DNA of 64,000 bases from the NCBI GenBank assembly GCA_049281435.1, contig JBAPSB010000016.1, positions 10,262 to 74,261 of the forward strand, written 5' to 3'. The translations under genes were made by a program, and so were the position numbers. Below the pieces are notes generated by a model. That model worked only from the letters and a program-made list of their open reading frames with translations, made no database searches and was not told the DNA's origin. Of this stretch, positions 1 through 9,083 are shown in pieces; within the stretch, counting starts at the first letter, position 1, and each line of letters starts with the position of its first letter. Source of the stretch: Desulfobacterales bacterium (lineage in GTDB: Bacteria; Desulfobacterota; Desulfobacteria; Desulfobacterales; SG8-13).

Positions 1-49
1 CTTCAGGTGCACCAGCAGGCAATGGCGGGCGCGGCCGTGTGCAACCGGG

Positions 50-217
50 CTATTCCAGAATTTCCACGATTGCGCGGGCGCAGTCGGACTTCGCATCATC
101 GGGACCGTCGAGGTTGATGGTTTTCTGATCGAGATCGATATCGACAATTTTACAGCCATATTTTTCGACCACGTTTTGAACGACGGTCAGCAGCTGGGCA
201 TCGGTGAGTTCTGTCAT
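50..217 (-). CDS. small hypothetical protein, 55 aa (MTELTDAQLLTVVQNVVEKYGCKIVDIDLDQKTINLDGPDDAKSDCARAIVEILE)
   Basis: Hand translation (below the ORF-track cutoff). ATG at 215-217 with AAGGAG upstream; TAG at 50-52. No family recognised. Confidence 0.4.
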   Translation of the reverse strand: MTELTDAQLLTVVQNVVEKYGCKIVDIDLDQKTINLDGPDDAKSDCARAIVEILE

Positions 218-280
218 GGGTCTCCTTTTGGATTACAGCTTAAGTTTCTAATTAGGCTTTGCCCGTGCATGTTCCCCAGT

Positions 281-308
281 ATAATAGCCACCAATTTTGC
301 CTTGACAA
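281..308 (-). promoter_or_regulatory. candidate sigma70 promoter (TTGTCA-N16-TATTAT) for the 55-aa ORF
   Basis: Revcomp of tgacaa (303-308) and ataata (281-286) with a 16-nt spacer, about 65 nt upstream of the ATG at 217. Confidence 0.3.
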
Positions 309-541
309 GCGGTACTTGTGCCGGGCCCCGTCACGCATTACTATAGCTTTAAGATAAAACTTTTGGTTGTGTTATCGCTCGTTGGCGTATGACTATCCAG
401 CCGCCTCTTTCTGGCCTTGCCAAAAGCTTTATCTTGAAGCCTTGTGTTTCAGATGACCTGCGAATTGCCGCACCGGGCGATTGCCGGCGGCTTATGAGCC
501 GGCCCAGGGCCTTTTAGGCCTGACCAATTTCCGGAGTTGAC

Positions 542-940
542 ATGACGACTGACTGGATTCCGTTTGAAGACGGCCTCTACGGCGTGCCCGAAGCTTTTCT
601 GATCACCATCGGCGGGGCGGCGGTGGTGCTCGACAACCCCTTCATCGAGATTTTTACGGGACAAACCGGCCGGCGGTGGCTCAAGGGCGGCAGCCTGGTG
701 CAGAATGAGCTGGTGGTGGCGCTGCTGGATGAAAGCGACGACATCGACATCCTTTTGAATGCGGGTGAGGATGTCGGCTTCCTGCTGCGCTCGCCCGATA
801 TTCAAGCCGGCAAGGTATTCGCGCGGTCGGTGAAGTCTTCCCTCAAGTTCATTCCCACCCAGCCCTGGGAGCCGCTGACCCCCGCCGAGTTTAGGCGGCT
901 GAAGTCCGGAGTCAGACTCCTGACGTCCCCGGTACCCTGA
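542..940 (+). CDS. hypothetical protein, 132 aa
   Basis: GGAG 5 nt before the ATG. Third codon positions are visibly G/C-rich on this strand, unlike the overlapping minus ORF 449..946. No family recognised. Confidence 0.5.
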   Translation: MTTDWIPFEDGLYGVPEAFLITIGGAAVVLDNPFIEIFTGQTGRRWLKGGSLVQNELVVALLDESDDIDILLNAGEDVGFLLRSPDIQAGKVFARSVKSSLKFIPTQPWEPLTPAEFRRLKSGVRLLTSPVP

Positions 941-943
941 AGA

Positions 944-985
944 CAAAAAAAGCCGAACCGTTCAAGAGGGCCGGCCTTGCGGCTT
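944..985 (-). terminator. probable rho-independent terminator of the DUF2333 gene
   Basis: On the minus strand: AAGCCG...CGGCTT outer stem with an inner CAAG/CTTG stem, followed by a T7 run (revcomp of 945-951). It starts right after the stop at 991. Confidence 0.4.
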
Positions 986-990
986 GGGGT

Positions 991-1953
991 TCACCGATTG
1001 ACGGATTGGGCCACGTCGCTAAGCCTTTCCCGCACCTCGATCAGGTAGCGCGCCATCTTCCCGCGATGGTCGGCCATGACCGAGTCGTGGTTGCCTCTCA
1101 GCACGATCAGCGGATCGAAACTGCAGATGCGCTCGATGCCCCGCATAGCGGTCCGGATGTTGTCGGCCCCGCCCTTTTCGCTGATTTCCGGATAGAGGTG
1201 AAACAGGGCCGTCAGGACATCCCGCAACACCAGTACCACTCCTTGCGTGTAATAAATCCTGTCGTCGATATCAAAATAGGGCACTTCGCTGTTGCTCTGG
1301 ACCAGAAGTCCGAGAGGCTGGTCGAGAAATTGCTTGCTGGTGATAAACATCAGGATATCGTAACGATCGTCGGAACGCATGTTGAAGACCGCCTTGTTGG
1401 CGAGCAGGTCGGCCTCGTAGTGCCGCATGAGTTCAAGGCCGTTGCGATATTCTTTTTCGGTCGACGGAAACCACCAGCTGTCCTCGGTGAAGGCAAACCG
1501 TTTTTCGCGGGCCTCTTTGAGCAGCGGGTTTTCGGCATCGACGTTACCGAGCTTGGAAAGGTTGGTGGAGGAAAACCCCAAAAGCATCCGGACGGCGAAA
1601 ATAGTGCCTTTTTGCCGATTGGCGCGGTTGTCGAGCCAGCGTGTCGGCGAGATCCACAAATCGTTGACCGACCAGCCGAAAGCCGAGGTCATCTCTTTTT
1701 CCAACCGGTTTCGCAGCGCCATCGACATCACCACGCCTTTTTCCACTTCCGAAGCGCTGGGCGGCGTTTTGGCGAGTGCTTCCTTCAAAGCTGGATCCAG
1801 ATCCGGAAACTTCGTGCGGTCGATGAGGGTGTAGCCCCGGTAAATCAGGACGTACACCCCGACCGTCAGCGGCCAGATGAGCATGAAAGCAAGCAGAAAA
1901 AAAATGATGCGTTTGCCGAGGGTCGTGAAGCGTGGTAGCTTTTTGTTTTCCAT
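991..1953 (-). CDS. DUF2333-family membrane-anchored protein
   Basis: N-terminal TM helix (RIIFFLLAFMLIWPLTVGVYVLIY), then sequence resembling DUF2333 proteins by recall. I chose the ATG at 1953 (MENKK, AAAGGAAAG upstream) rather than the ORF-track start at 2058. Confidence 0.6.
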   Translation of the reverse strand: MENKKLPRFTTLGKRIIFFLLAFMLIWPLTVGVYVLIYRGYTLIDRTKFPDLDPALKEALAKTPPSASEVEKGVVMSMALRNRLEKEMTSAFGWSVNDLWISPTRWLDNRANRQKGTIFAVRMLLGFSSTNLSKLGNVDAENPLLKEAREKRFAFTEDSWWFPSTEKEYRNGLELMRHYEADLLANKAVFNMRSDDRYDILMFITSKQFLDQPLGLLVQSNSEVPYFDIDDRIYYTQGVVLVLRDVLTALFHLYPEISEKGGADNIRTAMRGIERICSFDPLIVLRGNHDSVMADHRGKMARYLIEVRERLSDVAQSVNR

Positions 1954-2188
1954 GGCAAAGTCTTTCCTTTGGGCGGCCGTGTCGGATAATCGGTTAACCT
2001 CGAACAAGATTCGGATTTTTTCCCGGTTGGATCGGTAATGCCGGCATTTTAAGCACATCGAGACCGATCGTCAATGCCGCACCGGTTGTTTACGACGCCA
2101 CCGTCCCCGTGGTATTTCAGTCCTGGCCGTAACGAAGAGCTGAAATCCCGCCCCAAAATGCTGTCGGCCGGTGACGCAAGGATGCGCA

Positions 2189-3370
2189 ATGGGGGTTCCC
2201 GGAAGACTCGTCAATACCTGGTGGAAGGTCGCCATCCTGAGCTGTTGCGCCGTTATCGGAGCCAATCTGGCGATTCAGGCCCTCTGGCAGGTCCCCTGCG
2301 ACTGGCGCCGGTTCGCCGGGCCGCTTCTGCCGCTGGTCTACGTGCTGGCGGCCCTCCGCGCGGGGCTGCCCCTCAACCGGCGCTCCGGTGACACCCGCGT
2401 GCTGGACCACCTGGGGGCGGCCAATGCCATCACGATGGCGCGGGGAGTACTGGTATCGCTATTGGCCTGCTTCTGGAGCTGGCCGGCCGCAATGGCCTTT
2501 TCGATTCACCATCTGTATGCCTGGCTGCCGGGCCTCATCTACATCGCGGCGGCGCTGCTCGATCTATTGGACGGGGCGGTCGCCCGGCGCAGCGGTCATG
2601 TCACCCGCCTGGGCGAACGGCTGGACACCCGCTTCGACGCTCTCGGGCTCCTGTGTGCCGTCCTGGTCGGGATCGGCCTGAATCAACTGCCCCTGATTTA
2701 CCTGGCGGTGGCCCTGGCCTATTATGTGTTTACGGCCGGAATGGTCCTCCGGCGCCGCAGCGGCCGCAGGCTGGCTCCCCTTACGCCCCGGCCGGCCGCG
2801 CGTCTGAGCGCCGGTTTCACCATGGGCTTCGTGGGCGCGGCGCTGCTGCCGCTGTTCGGGCCGCCGGCCACGACCCTTGCGGCCGCTGTGTTCATGGTGC
2901 CTTTTCTGGCCGGCTTTGTGCGGGACTGGTTGGTGGTCAGCGGTCGGATCGAACCCGGCACCGAACAACCGGCCCGCTGGGAGGAACTGTGGCAGCGGCT
3001 GTTCCGCGATGGCCTGCCGGTCGCGCTGCGGGCGGTGCTATTCGTGTGCGCCCTGGCCGCCATGGAAAAGACCGCCGCTTTTTCCAGCGGAGACACAGCG
3101 GGTCCGTTTTACGCCTTCGCACCGTTTTTCCGGCCGGTTTTTCTGCTGGCGGTCGTTTGCGCCGCACTGGGCGCGGCCGGTCGCACGGCGGCCTTGCCGA
3201 TCCTGCTGTCAAGCGGCCTCTGGATCAGCCGCCGGGGGGCAGATCCGCTGACAGGCCTGCTCCTTATGACCGCCGCCGGCCTGCTGGTCGCCGGATCGGG
3301 GAATCTGTCCCTGTGGCGGCCGGAAGAAAAATTTCTGGGAATGTCGTCTCGAAGCTCTTCTTCTCTGTAA
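2189..3370 (+). CDS. CDP-alcohol phosphatidyltransferase family protein with an extra C-terminal polytopic domain
   Basis: Exact family motif D-x2-DG-x2-AR-x8-G-x3-D-x3-D in DLLDGAVARRSGHVTRLGERLDTRFD. Multiple TM helices. ATG 2189 has AAGGA 6 nt upstream; GTG 2171 is also possible. Confidence 0.75.
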   Translation: MGVPGRLVNTWWKVAILSCCAVIGANLAIQALWQVPCDWRRFAGPLLPLVYVLAALRAGLPLNRRSGDTRVLDHLGAANAITMARGVLVSLLACFWSWPAAMAFSIHHLYAWLPGLIYIAAALLDLLDGAVARRSGHVTRLGERLDTRFDALGLLCAVLVGIGLNQLPLIYLAVALAYYVFTAGMVLRRRSGRRLAPLTPRPAARLSAGFTMGFVGAALLPLFGPPATTLAAAVFMVPFLAGFVRDWLVVSGRIEPGTEQPARWEELWQRLFRDGLPVALRAVLFVCALAAMEKTAAFSSGDTAGPFYAFAPFFRPVFLLAVVCAALGAAGRTAALPILLSSGLWISRRGADPLTGLLLMTAAGLLVAGSGNLSLWRPEEKFLGMSSRSSSSL

Positions 3371-3430
3371 TCCGGCTGGTGGAAATCCTTTTTTTCTTTT
3401 CTTGGCGATCAGTGTATTTCCTGTTAAAGG

Positions 3431-4150
3431 ATGGAGATGTTCGACAAACTGATGCAGCAGGTAGCCGGTGCCGAAGCGTTTCGCCGGAAGCGCGGCCGGC
3501 CTTTGGTCATCCTCACATACGCCCAGAGCCTGGACGGCAGTATCGCCGCCCACGACCGTCGCCAGCTGCGCCTGAGCGGCACGGCGGCGATGGTCCTGAC
3601 CCACCGTCTGCGGTCCGGCAGCGACGCGATCCTGGTCGGCATCGGCACCGTTCTGAACGACAACCCGGAGTTGACCAATCGCCTGGCCGAAGGCCCCAGC
3701 CCCCGGCCGGTCATCCTCGACACGCGGCTGCGCACCCCTTTGGACGCGCGTTTGCTGCAAAGAAAGGACTGCGCCTGCTGGATCGTCAGCCGGACGGACG
3801 ACAACGACGGCCGGCGCGAAACCCTGGTGAAAGCCGGGGCGGTCGTCATGCCGTGTCGTACGGCGGCAGACGGTCGCATCGACCTTGCGGCGCTGATGCA
3901 GCTCCTAGTGGCGCATGAGATCAATGTCTTGATGGTGGAAGGCGGGGCCCGGGTCATCACGAGCTTTATCGGCGCCCGCCTGGTGGACCAGCTCATCGTC
4001 ACCGTGGCACCCAAGCTGATCGGCGGCCTGAATGCCATCGATGATCGCGGAACGGGCATGGACCCGTTCGTTCCACTCGCCCAGGTAGCCTATCAACAAT
4101 TGGGGAAGGACATGATTTTGTGGGCACAGCCGGACTGGAAGCCGGCGTGA
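3431..4150 (+). CDS. RibD C-terminal domain reductase (diaminohydroxyphosphoribosylaminopyrimidine reductase-like, DHFR fold)
   Basis: LVILTYAQSLDGSIA, SDAILVGIGTVLNDNPELT and VLMVEGGARV match the RibD_C / archaeal-type pyrimidine reductase pattern. No deaminase domain. Alternative start ATG 3437. Confidence 0.75.
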   Translation: MEMFDKLMQQVAGAEAFRRKRGRPLVILTYAQSLDGSIAAHDRRQLRLSGTAAMVLTHRLRSGSDAILVGIGTVLNDNPELTNRLAEGPSPRPVILDTRLRTPLDARLLQRKDCACWIVSRTDDNDGRRETLVKAGAVVMPCRTAADGRIDLAALMQLLVAHEINVLMVEGGARVITSFIGARLVDQLIVTVAPKLIGGLNAIDDRGTGMDPFVPLAQVAYQQLGKDMILWAQPDWKPA

Positions 4151-5187
4151 AGCGCACGGCGGTCATCTTCGACAAGCCCTTTGCCATATCCGTGGCCGCC
4201 GAAGCGGTCCCGGAAGGCCAACCGGACCAGGTCCTCGTCGAAACCCGGATGAGCGCCATCAGTCCGGGAACCGAACTCTTGGTTTACCGGGGCCGGGTCC
4301 CCGAGGGGTGGCCGGTCGACAGCACCATTTCGTCGCTCACGGGCGCTTTCGGCTACCCCCTGCGGTATGGATACGCCGCCGTAGGCCGGGTGGTCGCCGC
4401 CGGGCCGGCGGCCGATCCGGGCCTGATCGGGCGCCGGGTTTTTTCGTTCCAGCCACACCAGAGCCACTTCCGCACCCATCCCGCGGAGCTGATTCCCATT
4501 CCGACGGATATCGATGCGGAGGACGCGCTGTTCGTCCCCACCATGGAGACCGCCGTTAATTTTATGATGGACGGTCGGCCGATGATCGGCGAACGGGTGG
4601 TGGTGATCGGACAGGGCATCGTGGGACTGCTGACGACGGCCCTGCTCGCGCGCTTTCCCCTGTCCGAACTGGTGGCCGTCGACCGCTATGCTTTCCGGCG
4701 TCAAAAATCCCTGGAAGCCGGCGCGCAAAAAGCGCTCACCCCCGATAGCCTTCAAGATCGCGGCGCTCCGACCCGAAACCCGGCTGCCGATGCCCTTCAT
4801 GGCCCGGCCGATCTGGTTTACGAGGTTTCCGGCGACCCGGCCGCCCTGGATGAGGCCATCTTGGCCTGCGGCTTCGGCGGGCGGGTCATCGTCGGTTCCT
4901 GGTACGGAACGCGCCGCGCGGCCCCGAATCTCGGGCGGGAGTTTCATCGCAACCGAATCCGGTTGATCAGCAGTCAGGTCAGCACCATCGCCCCCGAATT
5001 GGCCGGGCGCTGGTCCAAGGACCGCCGGATGGCGGTGGTCTGGGACATGATCCGCGCCATTGGCCCGGCCCGCTTCATCACCCACCGCTTTGCGGTTGAA
5101 CAGGCCGCCCTGGCCTACGACCTGCTGGACCGCCACCCCGAATCCGCCGTCCAGGTCGTCATCACCTACGGCGGCTCGCCCACGTGA
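4120..5187 (+). CDS. medium-chain (zinc-type) alcohol dehydrogenase family oxidoreductase
   Basis: GroES-like N-terminus (VLVETRMSAISPGTELLVYRG) and Rossmann motif VVVIGQGIVGLL. In-frame GTG at 4147 overlaps the upstream stop (GTGA), which suggests translational coupling. Confidence 0.7.
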   Translation: MGTAGLEAGVKRTAVIFDKPFAISVAAEAVPEGQPDQVLVETRMSAISPGTELLVYRGRVPEGWPVDSTISSLTGAFGYPLRYGYAAVGRVVAAGPAADPGLIGRRVFSFQPHQSHFRTHPAELIPIPTDIDAEDALFVPTMETAVNFMMDGRPMIGERVVVIGQGIVGLLTTALLARFPLSELVAVDRYAFRRQKSLEAGAQKALTPDSLQDRGAPTRNPAADALHGPADLVYEVSGDPAALDEAILACGFGGRVIVGSWYGTRRAAPNLGREFHRNRIRLISSQVSTIAPELAGRWSKDRRMAVVWDMIRAIGPARFITHRFAVEQAALAYDLLDRHPESAVQVVITYGGSPT

Positions 5188-5193
5188 GGAAAA

Positions 5194-5583
5194 ATGAAAA
5201 GCAAGGAAAGGTATAGGGTCGCCGTTCGGCGTGAATTCAGCGCCCGGCATTACCTGATCGGCGGCAACTGGGGCGCGGAAAACGAGCCCCATGAACACCG
5301 CTACGCAGTTGAAATCCGTCTCGAAGGCCCTGAACTGGATCGGCACGGCTATCTGGTCGACATCGATGCCGTGACGGCCGCCCTGGCGGAGCAGGTCGCC
5401 CGCTTCCGGGACAAAACGCTCAATGACCTGCCCGAATTCGACGGCCTCAACCCCAGTGTGGAACACCTGGCGCGGATCATGGGCGAGTCGCTGGCCGCTG
5501 CTCGCCCTTCGCACCTGCAGGCCCTGACGGTCAGGATCTGGGAAAACGATAGCGCCTGGGTCGAGTATCGAAAAGAGTTCTGA
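5194..5583 (+). CDS. 6-pyruvoyl-tetrahydropterin synthase / QueD-family protein (non-canonical)
   Basis: FSARHYL ... PHEHRY ... GYLVDIDAV matches the PTPS fold signature (FsAaHrL, HGHnY, G.v.Df). No Cys is visible in the loop preceding the His motif. Confidence 0.7.
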   Translation: MKSKERYRVAVRREFSARHYLIGGNWGAENEPHEHRYAVEIRLEGPELDRHGYLVDIDAVTAALAEQVARFRDKTLNDLPEFDGLNPSVEHLARIMGESLAAARPSHLQALTVRIWENDSAWVEYRKEF

Positions 5584-6671
5584 TGCGCCTGGGACTGGTG
5601 ATCACCGGCGACCTGAAGACCCTGACCGGCGGCACGCTCTACGATCGCATCCTGGTCGATGACCTGCGCCGCCGGGGGCACGCGGTCACCATTTACTCAC
5701 TGCCGGCCGGGCAGGGATACCCGTGCCAGCTGGCCGCCAATCTGTCACGTTCTCTGGTCAGCAAAGTGCGGCACGATGCGCCGGACATCCTGCTCGAGGA
5801 CGGCCTCTGCCACCCGGCCCTTTTCCTTCAGAACCAGCGCCTGCGGGCAGTCGTCAACGGCCCGATCGTGGCGATCCTCCACCAGGTGTTGAGCAGCCAG
5901 CCCCGCCCGAACTGGCAAAACACCGTCTATGGCCTGGTTGAAAAGCGCTACCTGCACTCCGTGGATGCCTGCATTTTCAACAGCCGGACCACCCGCGAAG
6001 CCGCCGTGGCCGCCGGTGCGCCGGATGTCCCCGGCATTGTTGCCCGACCCGCCGGAGACCGGCTCGGCACCGTGACATCGAGCGCTTCTGTCTCGGCCCG
6101 TGCGCGGGAAAAGGGACCCTTGCGGCTGCTTTTTCTGGCCAACGTTCTGCCGCCCAAGGGCCTTCACCGCCTGATCGACGCACTGGCGGCCGTCTCTTTA
6201 CGGATGTGGCGCCTGACGGTCGTCGGCAGCCTGACCATGGACAGCCCTTATGCGCAAAAAACCATGACCCGCGTCGCCGCCCGCGGGCTGTCGCCCAATA
6301 TCCGCTTCCTGGGCGCACGGGACGGCCCCGAACTGGCCGGTATACTGAATGAAAGCCACCTGCTGGCACTGCCCTACTCGCACGAAGCCTTCGGCATCGT
6401 TTTTTTAGAGGGCATGGCCTTCGCGCTACCGGCGGTCGGTTCCACCGCCGGTGCCGCCCGCGAGATCATCCGGCACGGCGAAAACGGTTTTCTCGCGGAA
6501 CCGGGCGACCCGGCCGCTATGAAAAAAATCGTCGCCGGCCTGTTCGCCGGCCGCGACCGGCTCGATGCCATGAGCCACAAGGCTCTGGCGACTTTCCGCA
6601 GGTATCCCGGCTGGCGGGACACCATGGAAAAAATTCATGTTTTTCTGAAAAAACTGGCGGTGGGTAAGTGA
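5583..6671 (+). CDS. GT4-family (GT-B) glycosyltransferase
   Basis: C-terminal Glycos_transf_1 signature: EAFGIVFLEGMAFALPAVGSTAGAAREIIRHGENGFL. The start overlaps the upstream stop (TGATG). Confidence 0.8.
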   Translation: MRLGLVITGDLKTLTGGTLYDRILVDDLRRRGHAVTIYSLPAGQGYPCQLAANLSRSLVSKVRHDAPDILLEDGLCHPALFLQNQRLRAVVNGPIVAILHQVLSSQPRPNWQNTVYGLVEKRYLHSVDACIFNSRTTREAAVAAGAPDVPGIVARPAGDRLGTVTSSASVSARAREKGPLRLLFLANVLPPKGLHRLIDALAAVSLRMWRLTVVGSLTMDSPYAQKTMTRVAARGLSPNIRFLGARDGPELAGILNESHLLALPYSHEAFGIVFLEGMAFALPAVGSTAGAAREIIRHGENGFLAEPGDPAAMKKIVAGLFAGRDRLDAMSHKALATFRRYPGWRDTMEKIHVFLKKLAVGK

Positions 6672-7603
6672 TGGCGATTCCACGGGCCTATGATTTCACC
6701 GGTTATCTCGCCGCCAAGAAAAAAATCGACGACCGTTCGCTGAACCGCGGCGTCTGGGAACGCCTCGCCGGTGCCCTGCTCGACCGGCGGGCGCCCGAAC
6801 CGCTGCGCGTGCTTGAAATCGGCGCCGGCATCGGCACGATGGTAGAGCGGATGGCCGCAGGGCCGCTGCAGCACCGCTCGTCGGTGTATACCGCCGTCGA
6901 TATCGATCCGGAGTGCACGCGCGCGGCCCGCCGCCGGGTCAGGCGGTGGGCCGAAAAGTCGGGCTTTGCTGTCAGCCGCGAAAGTGCGGGCTGTCACCTC
7001 GAGTCGCAAGACACGTCAATCCGGCTGGAATTTCAAACGGTTGACGCCCATTTTTTTGCGTCAGCGGCGGCCGGAACCTCTTTTGATGTGCTTTTGGCCC
7101 ACGCCTTCTGGGACCTGGTCGATATCCCCACGCTTCTGCCCGGCATGCTGCGGATCCTGTCGAACGGCGGCCTGCTTTTTTTCAGCTTGAATTTCGATGG
7201 CGACACCGTCCTGCTGCCGGCGATCTCGGAGGATTTCGACGAGCGGGTGATCCGGTTGTACCATCGCAGCATGGACGAGCGTATCGTCGACGGACGCCCG
7301 TCCGGGCACAGCCGGACCGGACGCCGCCTGCTCCTGGCCCTGATGGAGCGGCCGGCCGACATCCTGGCGGCCGGTGCCTCCGACTGGGTCGTCTATCCCC
7401 ACCGCCACCGCTATCCTGAAAAAGAATCCTGTTTCCTGCACCATATCGTCCACATGATCGATGCGGAACTGACGGATCATCCCGGGATCGAGCCCGATCG
7501 CTTCAAGGATTGGATCGCCCGGCGCCAGGGCCAGATCGAAAACGGCGAACTGGTTTTCATGGCCCGGCATCTCGATATCCTGGCCCGAAAAAAAGGCCCT
7601 TGA
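6668..7603 (+). CDS. class I SAM-dependent methyltransferase
   Basis: Motif I VLEIGAGIGTM. GTG 6668 / ATG 6671 overlaps the upstream stop (GTGATG). Confidence 0.7.
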   Translation: MMAIPRAYDFTGYLAAKKKIDDRSLNRGVWERLAGALLDRRAPEPLRVLEIGAGIGTMVERMAAGPLQHRSSVYTAVDIDPECTRAARRRVRRWAEKSGFAVSRESAGCHLESQDTSIRLEFQTVDAHFFASAAAGTSFDVLLAHAFWDLVDIPTLLPGMLRILSNGGLLFFSLNFDGDTVLLPAISEDFDERVIRLYHRSMDERIVDGRPSGHSRTGRRLLLALMERPADILAAGASDWVVYPHRHRYPEKESCFLHHIVHMIDAELTDHPGIEPDRFKDWIARRQGQIENGELVFMARHLDILARKKGP

Positions 7604-7609
7604 TCGACT

Positions 7610-7630
7610 TCAGGGGGCCCTGATTTTCTC
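7610..7630 (+). terminator. weak terminator-like hairpin after the methyltransferase gene
   Basis: TCAGG-GGGC-CCTGA followed by TTTTCTC. Short stem. Confidence 0.3.
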
Positions 7631-7635
7631 GGGCG

Positions 7636-7830
7636 TCAGTCCTCGACGATGATGGCGCCGGGCGCACACTCCCGGGCGGCTTGGCTGACGGCGTCTTCCA
7701 GATGGGCCGGGACGACGTCGACGAGAACCTTCGCGATCAGTTTATCCTGATCGTAGGCAAACACTTCGGGGCAGACCTTGTTGCAGTTCCGGTCGCCCAT
7801 GCACAGATCATAATCGATTTTGACTTTCAT
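7636..7830 (-). CDS. single-cluster ferredoxin (3Fe-4S/4Fe-4S type)
   Basis: 64 aa with CMGDRNCNKVCP ... CAPGAI, i.e. C-x2-D-x2-C-x3-CP plus a distal Cys, as in monocluster ferredoxins. Confidence 0.8.
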   Translation of the reverse strand: MKVKIDYDLCMGDRNCNKVCPEVFAYDQDKLIAKVLVDVVPAHLEDAVSQAARECAPGAIIVED

Positions 7831-7848
7831 GGTGTCTCCCTTGTCCGT

Positions 7849-7880
7849 TTAGCCTGTTGAGCCGGTTAGCCTGCTGAGCC
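7849..7880. repeat. tandem direct repeat TTAGCCTG(T/C)TGAGCC x2 (period 17)
   Basis: 7849-7863 and 7866-7880 differ at one base. The pair lies 19-50 nt upstream of the ferredoxin ATG. Confidence 0.8.
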
Positions 7881-8065
7881 TATTTTGTCGCGCTGCAGCG
7901 GAATTCAGCCGGTTGAAGGATTAAAGATACATCATCGATTTTATCGAATTAATGAATATATTTCTTCGGGCCTGCCACCGCAACCGCGTGGAGTTTGTAA
8001 ACCCCGAGGCTTGAACCCTGAACGCTTAGACTGTTGTCTGTTTTTATACCAAAGGGATCTGTGAA

Positions 8066-8782
8066 ATGGAAATCGTCAAGGGCATTTCCTACCAGCTGCG
8101 CGGGCTGATGCTGGCGTTAAAAACCCCCAAGCTCCTGATGCTGGGCCTGATTCGCCTCATCCTGGTGGTGGCGTTGACGGTGCTGGCGGCCGGCGTCATC
8201 CTGTACCACCACGATGAAATCTTAAGGCTCATCTGGGTCAAACCGGCCAGCGCCTGGCTGGTCTGGCTCTGGCATGTCGTCTCCTGGCTGCTGGCCGCAC
8301 TGTTGACGCTCGTGGCGGTCATTCTGGCCTACCTGCTCTCACAGCTGCTGTTCGCCGTCATCATCATGGATGCCATGTCACGGATCACCGAGCGGCTCCT
8401 GACCGGCCGCGAGCTAGCCCCTCAAACCCGGCCCTTTTTACAGCAGTACTTTTTTTTGTTCGCACAGGAAATTCCGCGAACGACCCTGCCGGTGCTGATC
8501 ACGCTCGTGCTGATGGCACTCGGGTGGCTGACGCCTTTAGGGCCGTTGCTGACGTTGATAACCTCCGGGGTGGCCGCCATCTTTCTGACCTGGGACAACA
8601 CCGACCTGGTCCCGGCCCGCCGGTTGCGCCCCTTCCGGGAGCGATTCCGCTTCCTGACGAAAACGCTGGGGTTTCATTTGGGGTTCGGACTGCTTTTTCT
8701 GGTGCCGTTTCTGAACATTTTACTGCTCTCTTTCGCCCCGGTCGGCGCCACGCTTTATTACATAGAGAATCACGACCGTTAA
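8066..8782 (+). CDS. EI24/CysZ-family integral membrane protein
   Basis: Polytopic protein. The N-terminal G..L....P.L motif region and the C-terminal FLVPFLNILLLSFAPVGATLYY resemble CysZ (iPllNl...P.av.GAT). Confidence 0.55.
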   Translation: MEIVKGISYQLRGLMLALKTPKLLMLGLIRLILVVALTVLAAGVILYHHDEILRLIWVKPASAWLVWLWHVVSWLLAALLTLVAVILAYLLSQLLFAVIIMDAMSRITERLLTGRELAPQTRPFLQQYFFLFAQEIPRTTLPVLITLVLMALGWLTPLGPLLTLITSGVAAIFLTWDNTDLVPARRLRPFRERFRFLTKTLGFHLGFGLLFLVPFLNILLLSFAPVGATLYYIENHDR

Positions 8783-8891
8783 CCGGCCGGCAGGCTTGAC
8801 CGGTTTCCGCCACGGTATTATGCTTCGAGATTCGCTATTCTGAGAGGTATCAAAAGTTTCCATCATCACCGGTTCAGAAAAGGAGAAGGCC

Positions 8892-9074
8892 ATGACGGAT
8901 TCGACCAAAGACAAAGGGTCCGAAGACGACCTCAAGTGTCCCGACTGCCGCTACCCGTTGAAGCGACGCCGCGGGCGTCAGGCGGATGACTGTGAAATGC
9001 TCTGCGGCGGCTGCGGGCGGACGTTCGATGTGTGTGATCTCGACACGCTGGACGCCATAAAAAAACAGTCGTGA
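8892..9074 (+). CDS. small zinc-ribbon protein, 60 aa
   Basis: CPDC ... CGGC pairs. AAGGAGAAGG RBS before the ATG. GC-rich third positions. Confidence 0.55.
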   Translation: MTDSTKDKGSEDDLKCPDCRYPLKRRRGRQADDCEMLCGGCGRTFDVCDLDTLDAIKKQS

Positions 9075-9083
9075 CGGCGTCGA

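Noticed and set aside
449-946. 165-aa minus-strand ORF overlapping 542..940.
   Set aside because: Its translation is Gly/Pro/Arg-rich. The plus-strand ORF has a GGAG RBS and G/C-rich third positions, so only the plus ORF is kept, and at modest confidence.
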